Source: a virus
Lineage: Duplodnaviria; Caudoviricetes
Direction: 5' to 3' (one strand)
IMG/VR virus record: IMGVR_UViG_3300027612_000008
Span: 1 to 48,382 of that record
DNA: 48,382 nucleotides
Position 1 is the stretch's first letter. Every line of letters begins with the position of its first letter. Positions 9,025 through 18,212 of the stretch are shown here, piece after piece. A model generated the notes under the pieces. That model saw only the letters and a list, made by a program, of their open reading frames with translations, searched no databases and was not told the DNA's origin. Position numbers and translations under genes: made by a program.

Positions 9025-11472
9025 TCAAAATCCGCGAACGCGTGACCGGTCAAACATCGCACGTTCGTTCGAAATCAAAATGTCATTTCCGCTAATGCGG
9101 CCGGTGACCACCACGTTCGTTCCGGTGTCACCAATCAACGAACGCAATTTGTTCAATGGCGCGATGACTTCGGGGTTTGCGCGCGCGCCGGCATATTCGC
9201 CGACCAAACCGGCCACCGGCCCGGAAACAATGCCGCCATTGGCAAATCCGGTCAATCCCTTGAACACACCACGCACCAACGCCATTCCGGATGCAATCAA
9301 CGTTGGAATGACAAACGCGGCCGCCGGACCAGCGTTGGCACCGGTTGCCGTGGCCGCTTGAATCGCATGCGCCGTGGCCGCCTTAAATGCCGTGTCAACG
9401 ATGTTTGACAATGCTTGTTTCATTGCTTCGCGTCCGCCCTCCGCGCCCATGATGATTTGCGCAAATGCGTCACCGAATTGTTCGCCCATCATTTGCGCCG
9501 AATTGGCCATTTGTTCGAAAAACTCATTGGAATTCACCAATTCGTCATTGAACGCGTTGAACCATTGCCGGAATTTCGTTTGTTCGGGCAATTGCAACGT
9601 GTCCATCAACGATGGACCAACAACCAGTTTCCGCGTATCAATCGGCGCAACATCGGCCGTGGCCGCCGCTGGTGTATTCATCGCGGCATTTGGTTTTGCC
9701 GCACCACCACCACCACCGAACATTCCAAATCCCTTTGACAAGGTTTTGAACAAGTTTGAACCGGTGGTTTCGGTTTCCTCGAATTCGTAGCGCAACCCGG
9801 CCAAAAATTCGGCCGCGCCCGTCATCATAGATTCCCAACCGCCCAACAAATTCGATTCAACGCCAATGGCGTTCAAACCAAAATCAATCATGCCCAACAA
9901 TTCGCCAATGAGGAAATCAACCCCACGCAAAATCAATTGGGCCGCACCAACCAAAACGTTGACCAATGATTGCCACATTCGGTCCCAATCGCCGGTGAAC
10001 AAACCGATGAAAATGCCCAACGCATTTTGGATGATGTCAAACGCGCCGGTCAAAACATCAACCACGAAATCAAACGCACGGGCAATTTTGTTGGTGATGA
10101 TGTCGCCGAACCATTCCCAATATAACGTCAATGCCGCCACCAAAAAATCCCAAACGCCAACGATGGTATCAACGGCGGCAATGAACATGTTTTTCAGTCC
10201 GTCCAAAAACGCCACGCCATCGCCGGTGGTGAAATATGCCACGATGGATTCCCAATTGGCCCGAATCAATGCCACGGCGGCAATCACGCCGGCCACCGCC
10301 GCCAAAACTGGTCCCGTTATTACGCCGGCAATCAAACCAAAACCGGCGATGATTTGCGGCAAAAAAACCAGCAACGGACCAATGGCCGCCGCGATGCCGC
10401 CAACAATCATCATGGTTTGCCGCATGGCCGGCGACATGTTCGAAAATGCTTCGGCCACGCGCCCAACGAAATTGGCCAATTTTTCCATGGTCGGTGCCAA
10501 CGCCGTTCCCAATGCGATTTGCGCGCCTTCAATGGCCGATTGCATCCGCGCCATTGCGCCGGCACTTGTGTTGTCCATGATTGCCGCCATGCCGGCCGCC
10601 GCACCATCGGCGTTCCGGAACGATTCGGTCAATTGGTCCACGCCGGATTTGTTTTCGCCCAAAACCAACAACGCGGTTTGCGCCCGGCGGCCAACCTCAT
10701 CGAATGCCGCGTCCAATGTCAATCCGGATTCCGCCAATTGGGCCATTCGTTCCCCCACATCACCACCGCCGGCGGCCATTTGTTGAAATATCATCCGCAA
10801 TGACGTTCCCGCTTGCGAACCTTTGATTCCGGCGTTGGCCATTTGGCCCAACATCGCGGTTGTTTCTTCAATCGAAACGCCGGCGGCCGCCGCGACCGGT
10901 GCAACATATTTCATCGCATCCTGAAACGATTCCATGTCCAATGCGGACGATGAAAACGCGGTGGCCATGACATCGGTTACATGCGTGGTTTGCGACACGT
11001 CCAAACCGAATCCGCGCAACGTTGCGCCGGCAACCTCGGCCGCTTGTGCCAAATCCGAATCCGTGGCCTGTGCCAACGATAATGTGGCCGCCGTCACGCC
11101 TTCAATTTCCGTGGCGGTGAATCCCAGTTTTGCGAATTCCAATTGTAACCCGGCCACATCGGATGCGGTGAAAATGGTGGTCCGTCCAAGTTCCTTCGCA
11201 TTGGATTCGAGGCGCGCAAATTCATCGGCGGTCGCACCGGAAACCGCTTGAACCTTTGCCATGGCCAATCCAAATTGCGATGCGGTTTGGAATGACGTTG
11301 CACCAATGGCCGCCAATGGTGCCGTGACTGATGCCGACATGGTGCGACCAACGCGTTTCATGTTTCGGCCGAACGCGCGGAATTTTCCCATTGCGCGTCC
11401 AATTGCCTTGTCCATTGAACGCGTATCCAATCCCAACGTCACCAGCAATGAACCAATTCCCTTTGCCATCAT
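9025..11472 (-). CDS. Tail tape measure protein (TP901 family)
   Basis: AKVQAVSGAT...LGRTTIFTA..., GIKGSQAGTSLR core, W-spaced repeats, FANGGIVSGP...VGE...PEVIAPL C-terminus. Confidence 0.95.
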   Translation of the reverse strand: MMAKGIGSLLVTLGLDTRSMDKAIGRAMGKFRAFGRNMKRVGRTMSASVTAPLAAIGATSFQTASQFGLAMAKVQAVSGATADEFARLESNAKELGRTTIFTASDVAGLQLEFAKLGFTATEIEGVTAATLSLAQATDSDLAQAAEVAGATLRGFGLDVSQTTHVTDVMATAFSSSALDMESFQDAMKYVAPVAAAAGVSIEETTAMLGQMANAGIKGSQAGTSLRMIFQQMAAGGGDVGERMAQLAESGLTLDAAFDEVGRRAQTALLVLGENKSGVDQLTESFRNADGAAAGMAAIMDNTSAGAMARMQSAIEGAQIALGTALAPTMEKLANFVGRVAEAFSNMSPAMRQTMMIVGGIAAAIGPLLVFLPQIIAGFGLIAGVITGPVLAAVAGVIAAVALIRANWESIVAYFTTGDGVAFLDGLKNMFIAAVDTIVGVWDFLVAALTLYWEWFGDIITNKIARAFDFVVDVLTGAFDIIQNALGIFIGLFTGDWDRMWQSLVNVLVGAAQLILRGVDFLIGELLGMIDFGLNAIGVESNLLGGWESMMTGAAEFLAGLRYEFEETETTGSNLFKTLSKGFGMFGGGGGAAKPNAAMNTPAAATADVAPIDTRKLVVGPSLMDTLQLPEQTKFRQWFNAFNDELVNSNEFFEQMANSAQMMGEQFGDAFAQIIMGAEGGREAMKQALSNIVDTAFKAATAHAIQAATATGANAGPAAAFVIPTLIASGMALVRGVFKGLTGFANGGIVSGPVAGLVGEYAGARANPEVIAPLNKLRSLIGDTGTNVVVTGRISGNDILISNERAMFDRSRVRGF

Positions 11473-11780
11473 TTTATCATTTGTCGCAACAATGATTCGC
11501 CATCAATTGCGGATTTTCGTTTTGGTTGTTCCCACGGAAATTGGGCAATGTCCGTTGGGCGCAACCGGTGATTTTTTTTGGTGTGCGGTTGCAAAATGAT
11601 TGTGGCCAACCATCGCGTCCGTTCCCAATTTTGTTGTTCTCGAATTTCGGTGATTTCGTGAAAACCACGAACCGCGCATTCGAATTCGTCAATGGTCATT
11701 TCAAAAAACGAAATCGGGTCAAACCGCATGTGGCCCAACCCGATTTCAATAATTCGGTCCAACGTCAACGATTCGGTCAC
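11469..11780 (-). CDS. Tail assembly chaperone, downstream (gpT-like) frame
   Basis: FFEMTIDEF...WERTRWLA; in -1 frame to the upstream chaperone; A8 slippery run at 11798-11805; GTG overlaps the upstream TGA. Confidence 0.8.
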   Translation of the reverse strand: MTESLTLDRIIEIGLGHMRFDPISFFEMTIDEFECAVRGFHEITEIREQQNWERTRWLATIILQPHTKKNHRLRPTDIAQFPWEQPKRKSAIDGESLLRQMIK

Positions 11781-12094
11781 CTCGTTTTCGTCGGATGTTT
11801 TTTTTGGTTGTTCGCGTCCAACAAATTTGCAACGCCCAACGCAACGTTTTCCATGTCGGAAATTTCGATTGAATCCAAAAATTCGTCCACCGACATTTTG
11901 AATTCGGTGCCGTTTCTTTTGCATCCGGCCACGACAAAATGAAACGCCAATTCGCAAAAACCTTGAACATCCGGTTCACCCGGATTTGAATTCAATTGGG
12001 ACAATTTTTTTCCCGTGGTTTCCTCAAAACGTTTCCACGCACCGATTGTGGCGCGCATTGGCCATTTCCGGCCGTCAATTTCAATTTCCGTCAT
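11777..12094 (-). CDS. Tail assembly chaperone (gpG-like)
   Basis: Between tail tube and tape measure; conserved at 35378. Confidence 0.8.
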   Translation of the reverse strand: MTEIEIDGRKWPMRATIGAWKRFEETTGKKLSQLNSNPGEPDVQGFCELAFHFVVAGCKRNGTEFKMSVDEFLDSIEISDMENVALGVANLLDANNQKKHPTKTR

Positions 12095-12104
12095 CGCTGG
12101 TCAA

Positions 12105-12548
12105 TTATTGTTGCGCAAAGGTCACCGCGCCGTTGATGTCGAAATTGACGGAAAACTCTTGCGTTTCCTCGAATGCCGATGACAATTCAACGCTGGTGAT
12201 GAATCCGGACATTTGGTAAACGCGGTCGCCATCATCGGCACCGGTTCCCGTTGCGCCCACACGAATTTCAATGTCAATTTCCGTCCCGTTCAATTGGGCA
12301 TTTTGGAATTCCTGAAAATTGAAATCGTTGCCGTAGGCAACAAACGCGGTCATCGCGCATGATGCCGATTTGAGTCCCGGCAAAATGTTTTTCCATCCGT
12401 CATCATCTTTGTTGGTGATGTCCCGAATATCGGTTGTGATGGTCACGGAACATTCCTTGACATCATTGATGACGGCGATTGTTCCGCCCGTTTCAACGGC
12501 CGCGAATTTTACGTTCGTGGCGTTGATGAATCCGGTTGATTGTGCCAT
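12105..12548 (-). CDS. Major tail tube protein
   Basis: ECSVTITTDIRDITNKDDDGWKNILPGLKSAS motif; G.GFITSVELS; synteny. Confidence 0.9.
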   Translation of the reverse strand: MAQSTGFINATNVKFAAVETGGTIAVINDVKECSVTITTDIRDITNKDDDGWKNILPGLKSASCAMTAFVAYGNDFNFQEFQNAQLNGTEIDIEIRVGATGTGADDGDRVYQMSGFITSVELSSAFEETQEFSVNFDINGAVTFAQQ

Positions 12549-12551
12549 GTC

Positions 12552-12791
12552 TTATTTCGTTTCATTGGTTTTTGAACGCCGCGTTCGCCGCGCCGCTGGT
12601 TTCGATTCCGGTGCCGGTTCGGCCGCTTCGCTTGCTTCGATTGTGGCGGCCGGACATGCTGGTTCCATGTCTGATTTCATGCAACCGGCGGCAATCATTT
12701 TGGTGAACGTGGTGTAGTTGACCGAATAAGTTTCGCCGGCCAAATATTTCAATCCGTTGATGGTGACGTTCCGTTGTGGTTTGATGTCCAT
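12552..12791 (-). CDS. Hypothetical virion-module protein (79 aa)
   Basis: Conserved N-terminus with 36144-36389; TAAATTTG box 4 nt upstream. Confidence 0.7.
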   Translation of the reverse strand: MDIKPQRNVTINGLKYLAGETYSVNYTTFTKMIAAGCMKSDMEPACPAATIEASEAAEPAPESKPAARRTRRSKTNETK

Positions 12792-12818
12792 GATTCAAAT
12801 TTAGGAATTTCGAACGCA

Positions 12819-14000
12819 TCAATTGTATTGATTCGCGACAATCAATCCGTGATGGAATGTCGATGCCAAATTTGACGCATAGCCAAACGTGGGGCCGTTG
12901 GTCACCGCGTATGAAATTTGGTTGTCCTTTGTGCGATTGCCGAAAACCAAATTGCCGCCGTATTGCCTCAAATGTGGGTCAATGAATGGTGTGTAGGCAC
13001 CACCCCACGCATTGACGTAATCGGTATATTCAAACATTCCGACGAATTCGGAAACGTCCGCCAATCGCCATGATTGGCCGCCGTAATCCAAGGAATTTGC
13101 CCATTCAATCCATTCGGATTGCGTCAAATGCAAACGTTCGGTTTGCGCCCGCATCACATACACAATCAACCCGGTCAAATGGTCAAAACACATTTTTGGA
13201 TTTTGGGAATTGTTCGATGCTGATTTGTGGAAATCTTCAACGAATTGTTCCCCCAAATCATTTGTCCACCGGTAGCGATTCCCAAACCGATTGTCAAACA
13301 TCAGAAGCGAATGCGCGTCATCCGGGAAATATCCGTTCGCGCGAATCGCGGTGTTCAATGGATTCACGGGCAATGTGTAATCATACGTCCCGGCGGCGCG
13401 GTGCCATTCCACCGAACCGGTTTCATTGAACGTTTGCAATCCGTCCCATGGAACGATTCGCGCGTAGATGTGACCGGCCGCCGGCGGTGGCAATTCGGAA
13501 ATTGGCGGCGCATTTTGGATGCATTGATACGTTCCGCCCGGCTGGATTTGGTGAATGCTTCCGTCACCATCAGTGACGGCCACCGGTTGCCCCAAATACA
13601 CCGCACCGGCTTCGCGGCGTACATGCGCCTGAAATTCCAGCACGGCAAAATATTTGCGTGGTGAATCGACAACCTCCATTGAACCGGTTTGAAATTGGAA
13701 CGATTCAACGGCCACATCATCGTTTTGAAATGGCACCCGGTCCAATGCGATTCGAACGTTGTTTTGGATGGTTGATGCGCTGGCATACGTTGCCGCATGA
13801 CAAACAATTTCAACGTCGATTTCATCCACCAGTGACGGACCGGTTTTGGTGTCGTTCGGTGCAATCGTGATAACATCGTAGGTGATGAACGGCAACGTTT
13901 TTGATTGCGCCGCCGTGGCCGGAAAAATCCGGTTGCCGACATCGGCCACAACATCGGTGGCGTTCGACAACAATTCGAAAATCGCGATTCCAACGTTCAT
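12819..14000 (-). CDS. Tail terminator (DUF3168-like) fused to DUF1566/Lcl-like domain
   Basis: N-terminal VGNRIFP...PFITY; C-terminal DHLTGL...WANSLDYGGQSWRL pattern. Confidence 0.7.
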   Translation of the reverse strand: MNVGIAIFELLSNATDVVADVGNRIFPATAAQSKTLPFITYDVITIAPNDTKTGPSLVDEIDVEIVCHAATYASASTIQNNVRIALDRVPFQNDDVAVESFQFQTGSMEVVDSPRKYFAVLEFQAHVRREAGAVYLGQPVAVTDGDGSIHQIQPGGTYQCIQNAPPISELPPPAAGHIYARIVPWDGLQTFNETGSVEWHRAAGTYDYTLPVNPLNTAIRANGYFPDDAHSLLMFDNRFGNRYRWTNDLGEQFVEDFHKSASNNSQNPKMCFDHLTGLIVYVMRAQTERLHLTQSEWIEWANSLDYGGQSWRLADVSEFVGMFEYTDYVNAWGGAYTPFIDPHLRQYGGNLVFGNRTKDNQISYAVTNGPTFGYASNLASTFHHGLIVANQYN

Positions 14001-14497
14001 TTTGTTCGGGCCAATTCGGATTCAACTTGCTTTTGATATGCCACCAATTGCCGCATGCGCCACGCCTCGATTCCTTTTTTGCGGGATTCAATCACCGATT
14101 CAATCACGCCGGCGTTGTGGTTCACGCCATCAATATATTGTTGGTCTGATTCGACAATATACGCAAACCACGCATCACGCGTTGGCCCAACTTTGCGGCC
14201 GGTTCGTGGCCCGGCCCAATATGCGTTGCCATCGTCGGAAATCAACCACGAACCAATTGAACGTTTGTAGGTTCCCGGCTTGATTTTGAGCGGTTTTTTA
14301 TTGTCGCCGCGTGTGACAATGATTGTTTCCGTGGATGATGTGATGGCGCGTTTCATCGCCCGGACGTACAAATTCGCGGCGGTTTCGTTTATCAATCGCA
14401 ACCGCGTATTTGTTTCCAAGTATCGCGAATGCAATTTGTTCAACTTGCGTTCCAATTGGCGCATGCCTTGGATGCCAGCAACCATTTCAGCCATCAC
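13997..14497 (-). CDS. HK97 gp10-like tail completion protein
   Basis: IQGMRQLERKL start, PGTYKRSI, AWFAYIVE; synteny. Confidence 0.75.
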   Translation of the reverse strand: MMAEMVAGIQGMRQLERKLNKLHSRYLETNTRLRLINETAANLYVRAMKRAITSSTETIIVTRGDNKKPLKIKPGTYKRSIGSWLISDDGNAYWAGPRTGRKVGPTRDAWFAYIVESDQQYIDGVNHNAGVIESVIESRKKGIEAWRMRQLVAYQKQVESELARTK

Positions 14498-14826
14498 GAA
14501 ACGTGTTCGGTAATCAAACGAAAATCAACGCCGCGTTCCAATTCATGAACGGCAACGATGTCGAAAATTTTGCCATCGTACACCAGCCGGTCACCCGGCG
14601 TGATGGTTCGCGAATCGCTGGTGTTGCGAATGGTCCATTCGGCCATTTTCACGGCGCGTTCCGCACCATCAACCAATTTTTCGGTTGAACCGGTTTTGAT
14701 GATGGCCAACGATGCCCAACATGCAAACGCGGTGGTCCACGTCAATTCGCGTTCGCCGAAATTGTTGATGGTTTCGGTGAATCGTTCGATGGCAACGCGG
14801 CGGTCCAATTTACCAATGCGCATCAC
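14494..14826 (-). CDS. Head closure / head-tail adaptor (SPP1 gp16-like)
   Basis: MRIGKLDRRVAIE...W...WA...DRLVYDGKIFDIVAV. Confidence 0.9.
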   Translation of the reverse strand: MMRIGKLDRRVAIERFTETINNFGERELTWTTAFACWASLAIIKTGSTEKLVDGAERAVKMAEWTIRNTSDSRTITPGDRLVYDGKIFDIVAVHELERGVDFRLITEHVS

Positions 14827-15377
14827 CCAAAAATTCGGAATGGTGACAACAACGAATGAACGCCAAACGGAATTTCATTCACGGACCGAATTTCGGCCGC
14901 CGTTCGGTTTTCGTACATGTGACCAACCAACAATCGAATGGCGTGAATCACGGGCGCGGGAATCGCGTTTTCGGCATGGCCTACGTTGCAATTGACAATC
15001 ACGCGGTTCAACGCGTAATCATACAACGATGGCACATCGTGAAAACGAATGCGGCCATGCGCGCCGGCGATGTCTGAAAACCAATTGGTGGTTGGTAACG
15101 TTTGCACGTTTCCGTTTTCGTCAATGTATTCAACCGATTCAATTGTGTTCACCGGTCCAACATCCAATGTGACGTTTTGCCATTTGTCCAAATACACAAC
15201 CGCATCAACATCGCCCAAAACGCGATTGGTGATTTGTTGAACAAATGAAATTGCGGTGTCGCGGAATGCTTCAATCAACGCATCGTCATCGTTGACATCA
15301 ACGCGCAAATGCGATTTCAAATCGGCAACCGAAATCACGTCATCCAATGTTGGCGTTGTGGTGAAAATTGTGACCAT
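14823..15377 (-). CDS. Head-tail connector (HK97 gp6-like)
   Basis: DLKSHLRVD..DDDALI; PAPVIHAIRLLVGHMYENR; PFGVHSLLSPFR. Confidence 0.92.
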   Translation of the reverse strand: MVTIFTTTPTLDDVISVADLKSHLRVDVNDDDALIEAFRDTAISFVQQITNRVLGDVDAVVYLDKWQNVTLDVGPVNTIESVEYIDENGNVQTLPTTNWFSDIAGAHGRIRFHDVPSLYDYALNRVIVNCNVGHAENAIPAPVIHAIRLLVGHMYENRTAAEIRSVNEIPFGVHSLLSPFRIFG

Positions 15378-15397
15378 GGTTCGAATTTACGACAAAC

Positions 15398-15430
15398 GAA
15401 AAACGCCGGCACGATGGCCGGCGATTTTTG
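15398..15430 (-). terminator. Rho-independent terminator closing cassette slot 3
   Basis: CGCCGGC stem flanked by A/T runs; conserved at 38993. Confidence 0.8.
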
Positions 15431-15448
15431 ATGGTGGTGGACTGGTTT

Positions 15449-15838
15449 TCAAACTTCGAAGGCATCGAAAAACCGGTTCATGTAGTCAATCCGATTTCGC
15501 ATTTGAGCCAATTTCAATTCATTTGCCATTGTCGATTTGCGATTGACACGCGCGGCGAACTCTTGTTTTTGTTCCAAATTGTAGTCATCCCACAATTTAT
15601 CGAAGGTTGGGGCCAAAATTTCAACCGCAATTTCCAATTGTGCATGCCCATTGTGCAACAATTCCAATTCGGAATCGGGCCGCGTTTTCACGCCGGCGGA
15701 TTCCAATTCGTCGCGCATGTAGGCCCGGCCCAATTCAAAATTCCGGTCCATCAATTCGTGCAAATCCATGATGTCAATGGTGATGATTCCGCGTTGGTTG
15801 ATTGGGCGGTTGGCGTTGGTGTTTTTGTCTTGTGACAT
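15449..15838 (-). CDS. Cassette gene U, hypothetical (129 aa, MSQDKN)
   Basis: Homolog at 39044-39430; CA-rich leader. Confidence 0.8.
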   Translation of the reverse strand: MSQDKNTNANRPINQRGIITIDIMDLHELMDRNFELGRAYMRDELESAGVKTRPDSELELLHNGHAQLEIAVEILAPTFDKLWDDYNLEQKQEFAARVNRKSTMANELKLAQMRNRIDYMNRFFDAFEV

Positions 15839-15879
15839 GGTAATGTGTGTTGTGTGTGTGTGTTGTGTGCTGGTGTGAA

Positions 15880-16104
15880 TTAACGTTGACGGAAAATCAT
15901 GTTCAATTTGCCGTTGGTCATGTGGATGATGGCCACGTTTTCGCCGTTCACAATGTGTTGTGAAACGCTGATGAATTCCGGTTTCGCGGCGTAATGTTCG
16001 ACGATTTCGGATGCCACGGCGCGGCGGTGGTTTTCGTTGGTGCATTCCAACAATTCAACCCGGTCGTTGATGGTGTTCGTGGTGGTGATGGTAAAACGTT
16101 GCAT
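15880..16104 (-). CDS. Cassette gene V, hypothetical (74 aa, MQRFTITT)
   Basis: Homolog at 39473-39697; first gene after the repeated promoter. Confidence 0.8.
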   Translation of the reverse strand: MQRFTITTTNTINDRVELLECTNENHRRAVASEIVEHYAAKPEFISVSQHIVNGENVAIIHMTNGKLNMIFRQR

Positions 16105-16128
16105 GGTGCGTTGTGTGTGTGTGTTGTT

Positions 16129-16190
16129 CATGGTGTAAATGTACACAAAGATTCATTCCGTGCAATACTTTGATGAACTTTTTTTTTCAT
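16129..16190 (-). promoter_or_regulatory. Repeated early-type promoter, copy 3 of 6
   Basis: Same ~60-bp motif. Confidence 0.75.
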
Positions 16191-16209
16191 CGGCCTGATT
16201 TGGGTGCAA

Positions 16210-16237
16210 CAAAAATGGCGGCCATTGGCCGCCATTC
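16210..16237 (-). terminator. Rho-independent terminator after capsid gene
   Basis: AATGGCGGCC-AAT-GGCCGCCATT then TTTGTT. Confidence 0.8.
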
Positions 16238-16259
16238 CTGATTCAAACCCAAAGGTTCA

Positions 16260-18212
16260 TCACGTCAATTGGTCGGCGAATGCCAACGCCGCCGGTTGCC
16301 GCAATGCAAAATCCCAAAACGCGTTGATGTGGATTTTGATTTGACCGGTGTTCGCCAATGTGTATGGGTCAATCAAGATGTCCGGCGAACCGAACCGGGC
16401 CAAAATGCCCGCTTGACGGAAATTGCCGAACAACATTTGTCCACCAACGGCCGTGCCATTGTCCAACGTATCGTCGCCCAAATACGGCGTTGCCAATGGA
16501 CGATATCCGGCAAATTGCCCGTTGTTCCACAACGCCGAAACCGATGCCACGGCGGCTTCCGAACGGGACAATTGGAATGCCTTTGGTGACATGACGAAAA
16601 CCGAACCGGCCAAATCCGCACCATCCGCCAAAACCGCCGATTCCATGGCGTAAACCAACGCCGCATTCAATTCATCGTTTGCATCATCGGTGCCAATGAT
16701 GTTGATGGTTGAACCATCGGTGGTGGCAATGATGTCCGCAAATGCGCTGGTATCAATGCGCGCGTTCATCGCGGCCACCAAATCGCCCAAAATCAACCGG
16801 TCCACATCGGAACCACCTTGCAACGCCAATTGTTTTGAATAGGCCGTGTACGCCGTCACGCGTTCGGGCGTTAACGTCACCTCATCCAATTGCAAACCGG
16901 CCGCCGCTGATGCCGCGATTTCGGTTTTTTCCGCCAACGTTGCTTTGGTTTTGATGCGCGGGAATTTCAAATTCCCGGTGGCGTTGTTGATGGTGGTAAT
17001 GCCGGTTTGCTCAATCACCGATGGCGCGCGCAACGCCTCAATCACGCCGGGAACGTTCGTGGGAACGAATCCACCACCACCAGCATCACCGCCGGCCGTG
17101 GTTGCTGTCATTTGGTCCGTTTCGCCGGCCCGGTAAATGGCAAACGATGGAATGCCAACGTTCCCGTCCATTTCCAAACCACGGCGCGCGTTGTCTTTGC
17201 GCGCTTCGGCCGTCCATTCCGCTTCGACACCATCCAAACGGCCGTTGGTCGCAATTTGTTTGATGGCGCGCGACAATGACCACGTTTGGTTCATGCGTTC
17301 GATTTCGCGGCGTTCGCCGGCGTTCATCGTGGTTCCAACATGTACCGCCGCTTGCATTTTTTCCTGATTCGCGCGGTGACGAATTTTTTGGTCCAAACGT
17401 TCGACTTCCGTCACAAGGAAATCGCAACGTTGGTTTTCGGCATCGGTTAACGTGGTGCCGTTTTCATCCGATTTCCGGATGATTTCCGCGTGTTCGGCAA
17501 AGTATTTTTCCCGAACCGCCTTCAATTCATTCAAATTCATTTGTTCAAATGGTTTGGTTTGCAATTTATGATTTTCCGCCGGTTCGGCGGCATGTTCCAA
17601 TTCAATCGTTTTCGTGGTGTCGCTGGTGCTGGTTTCGTCCGTGTTCGGTTCGTCCGCTTCGGCGTTTTGGGCTTCAAAAAATGAACGAACGTGAATGGAT
17701 GTTGTGGGATATGCGCCAAAGGTCACCGCCGAAACATCGTGCAAAGATTTCACGCGCGAAATTACGCGAACGCCGTTTTCGTCCGGTTGCCATCCATCGC
17801 GTTCAACTTTGGCGGCGAATGACATTTGGTCGATGTCGCCACGTTGAATCAACGAATAAATTTCACGGCCGCGTTCGGTGTTTGCCAGCGTAGCGCGCAT
17901 AAACAATCCGTCATTTCGTTTTTCGATGGTCATGGTGCCATTTGTGGTCCGGGCCAATGGCAAACCATCGTGATTGACCAAAAACCGCACGTCATCGTTC
18001 AACGCGGCATCGAAGGCATCACGCGCGATGCGTTCGCGAAATGGGCCAATGTCCGTGATGGTGTCAAATACCACCGCCATCCCTTCAACAACCATTTCCC
18101 CGGATTCCGCGCGTTCGATGGCTGAAATTTTGGCCACGCGCGTTTCGATGTCGTCGCCATGCATTGCGCGCAATTTCAGTTCATGCGCGTTTTGTTCGTT
18201 TTCCTGATTCAT
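16260..18212 (-). CDS. HK97-type prohead protease fused to major capsid protein
   Basis: FRERIARDAF, FLVNHD, LART, RGDIDQMSF, DVSAVTFGAYPTT protease motifs, then delta domain and GGGFVPT...GNF...ILIDPYT capsid fold. Confidence 0.93.
   Translation of the reverse strand: MNQENEQNAHELKLRAMHGDDIETRVAKISAIERAESGEMVVEGMAVVFDTITDIGPFRERIARDAFDAALNDDVRFLVNHDGLPLARTTNGTMTIEKRNDGLFMRATLANTERGREIYSLIQRGDIDQMSFAAKVERDGWQPDENGVRVISRVKSLHDVSAVTFGAYPTTSIHVRSFFEAQNAEADEPNTDETSTSDTTKTIELEHAAEPAENHKLQTKPFEQMNLNELKAVREKYFAEHAEIIRKSDENGTTLTDAENQRCDFLVTEVERLDQKIRHRANQEKMQAAVHVGTTMNAGERREIERMNQTWSLSRAIKQIATNGRLDGVEAEWTAEARKDNARRGLEMDGNVGIPSFAIYRAGETDQMTATTAGGDAGGGGFVPTNVPGVIEALRAPSVIEQTGITTINNATGNLKFPRIKTKATLAEKTEIAASAAAGLQLDEVTLTPERVTAYTAYSKQLALQGGSDVDRLILGDLVAAMNARIDTSAFADIIATTDGSTINIIGTDDANDELNAALVYAMESAVLADGADLAGSVFVMSPKAFQLSRSEAAVASVSALWNNGQFAGYRPLATPYLGDDTLDNGTAVGGQMLFGNFRQAGILARFGSPDILIDPYTLANTGQIKIHINAFWDFALRQPAALAFADQLT

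Noticed and set aside
12819-13300. Diversity-generating retroelement acting on the DUF1566-like domain
   Set aside because: No reverse transcriptase, no template repeat, and no adenine-specific differences between the two copies.
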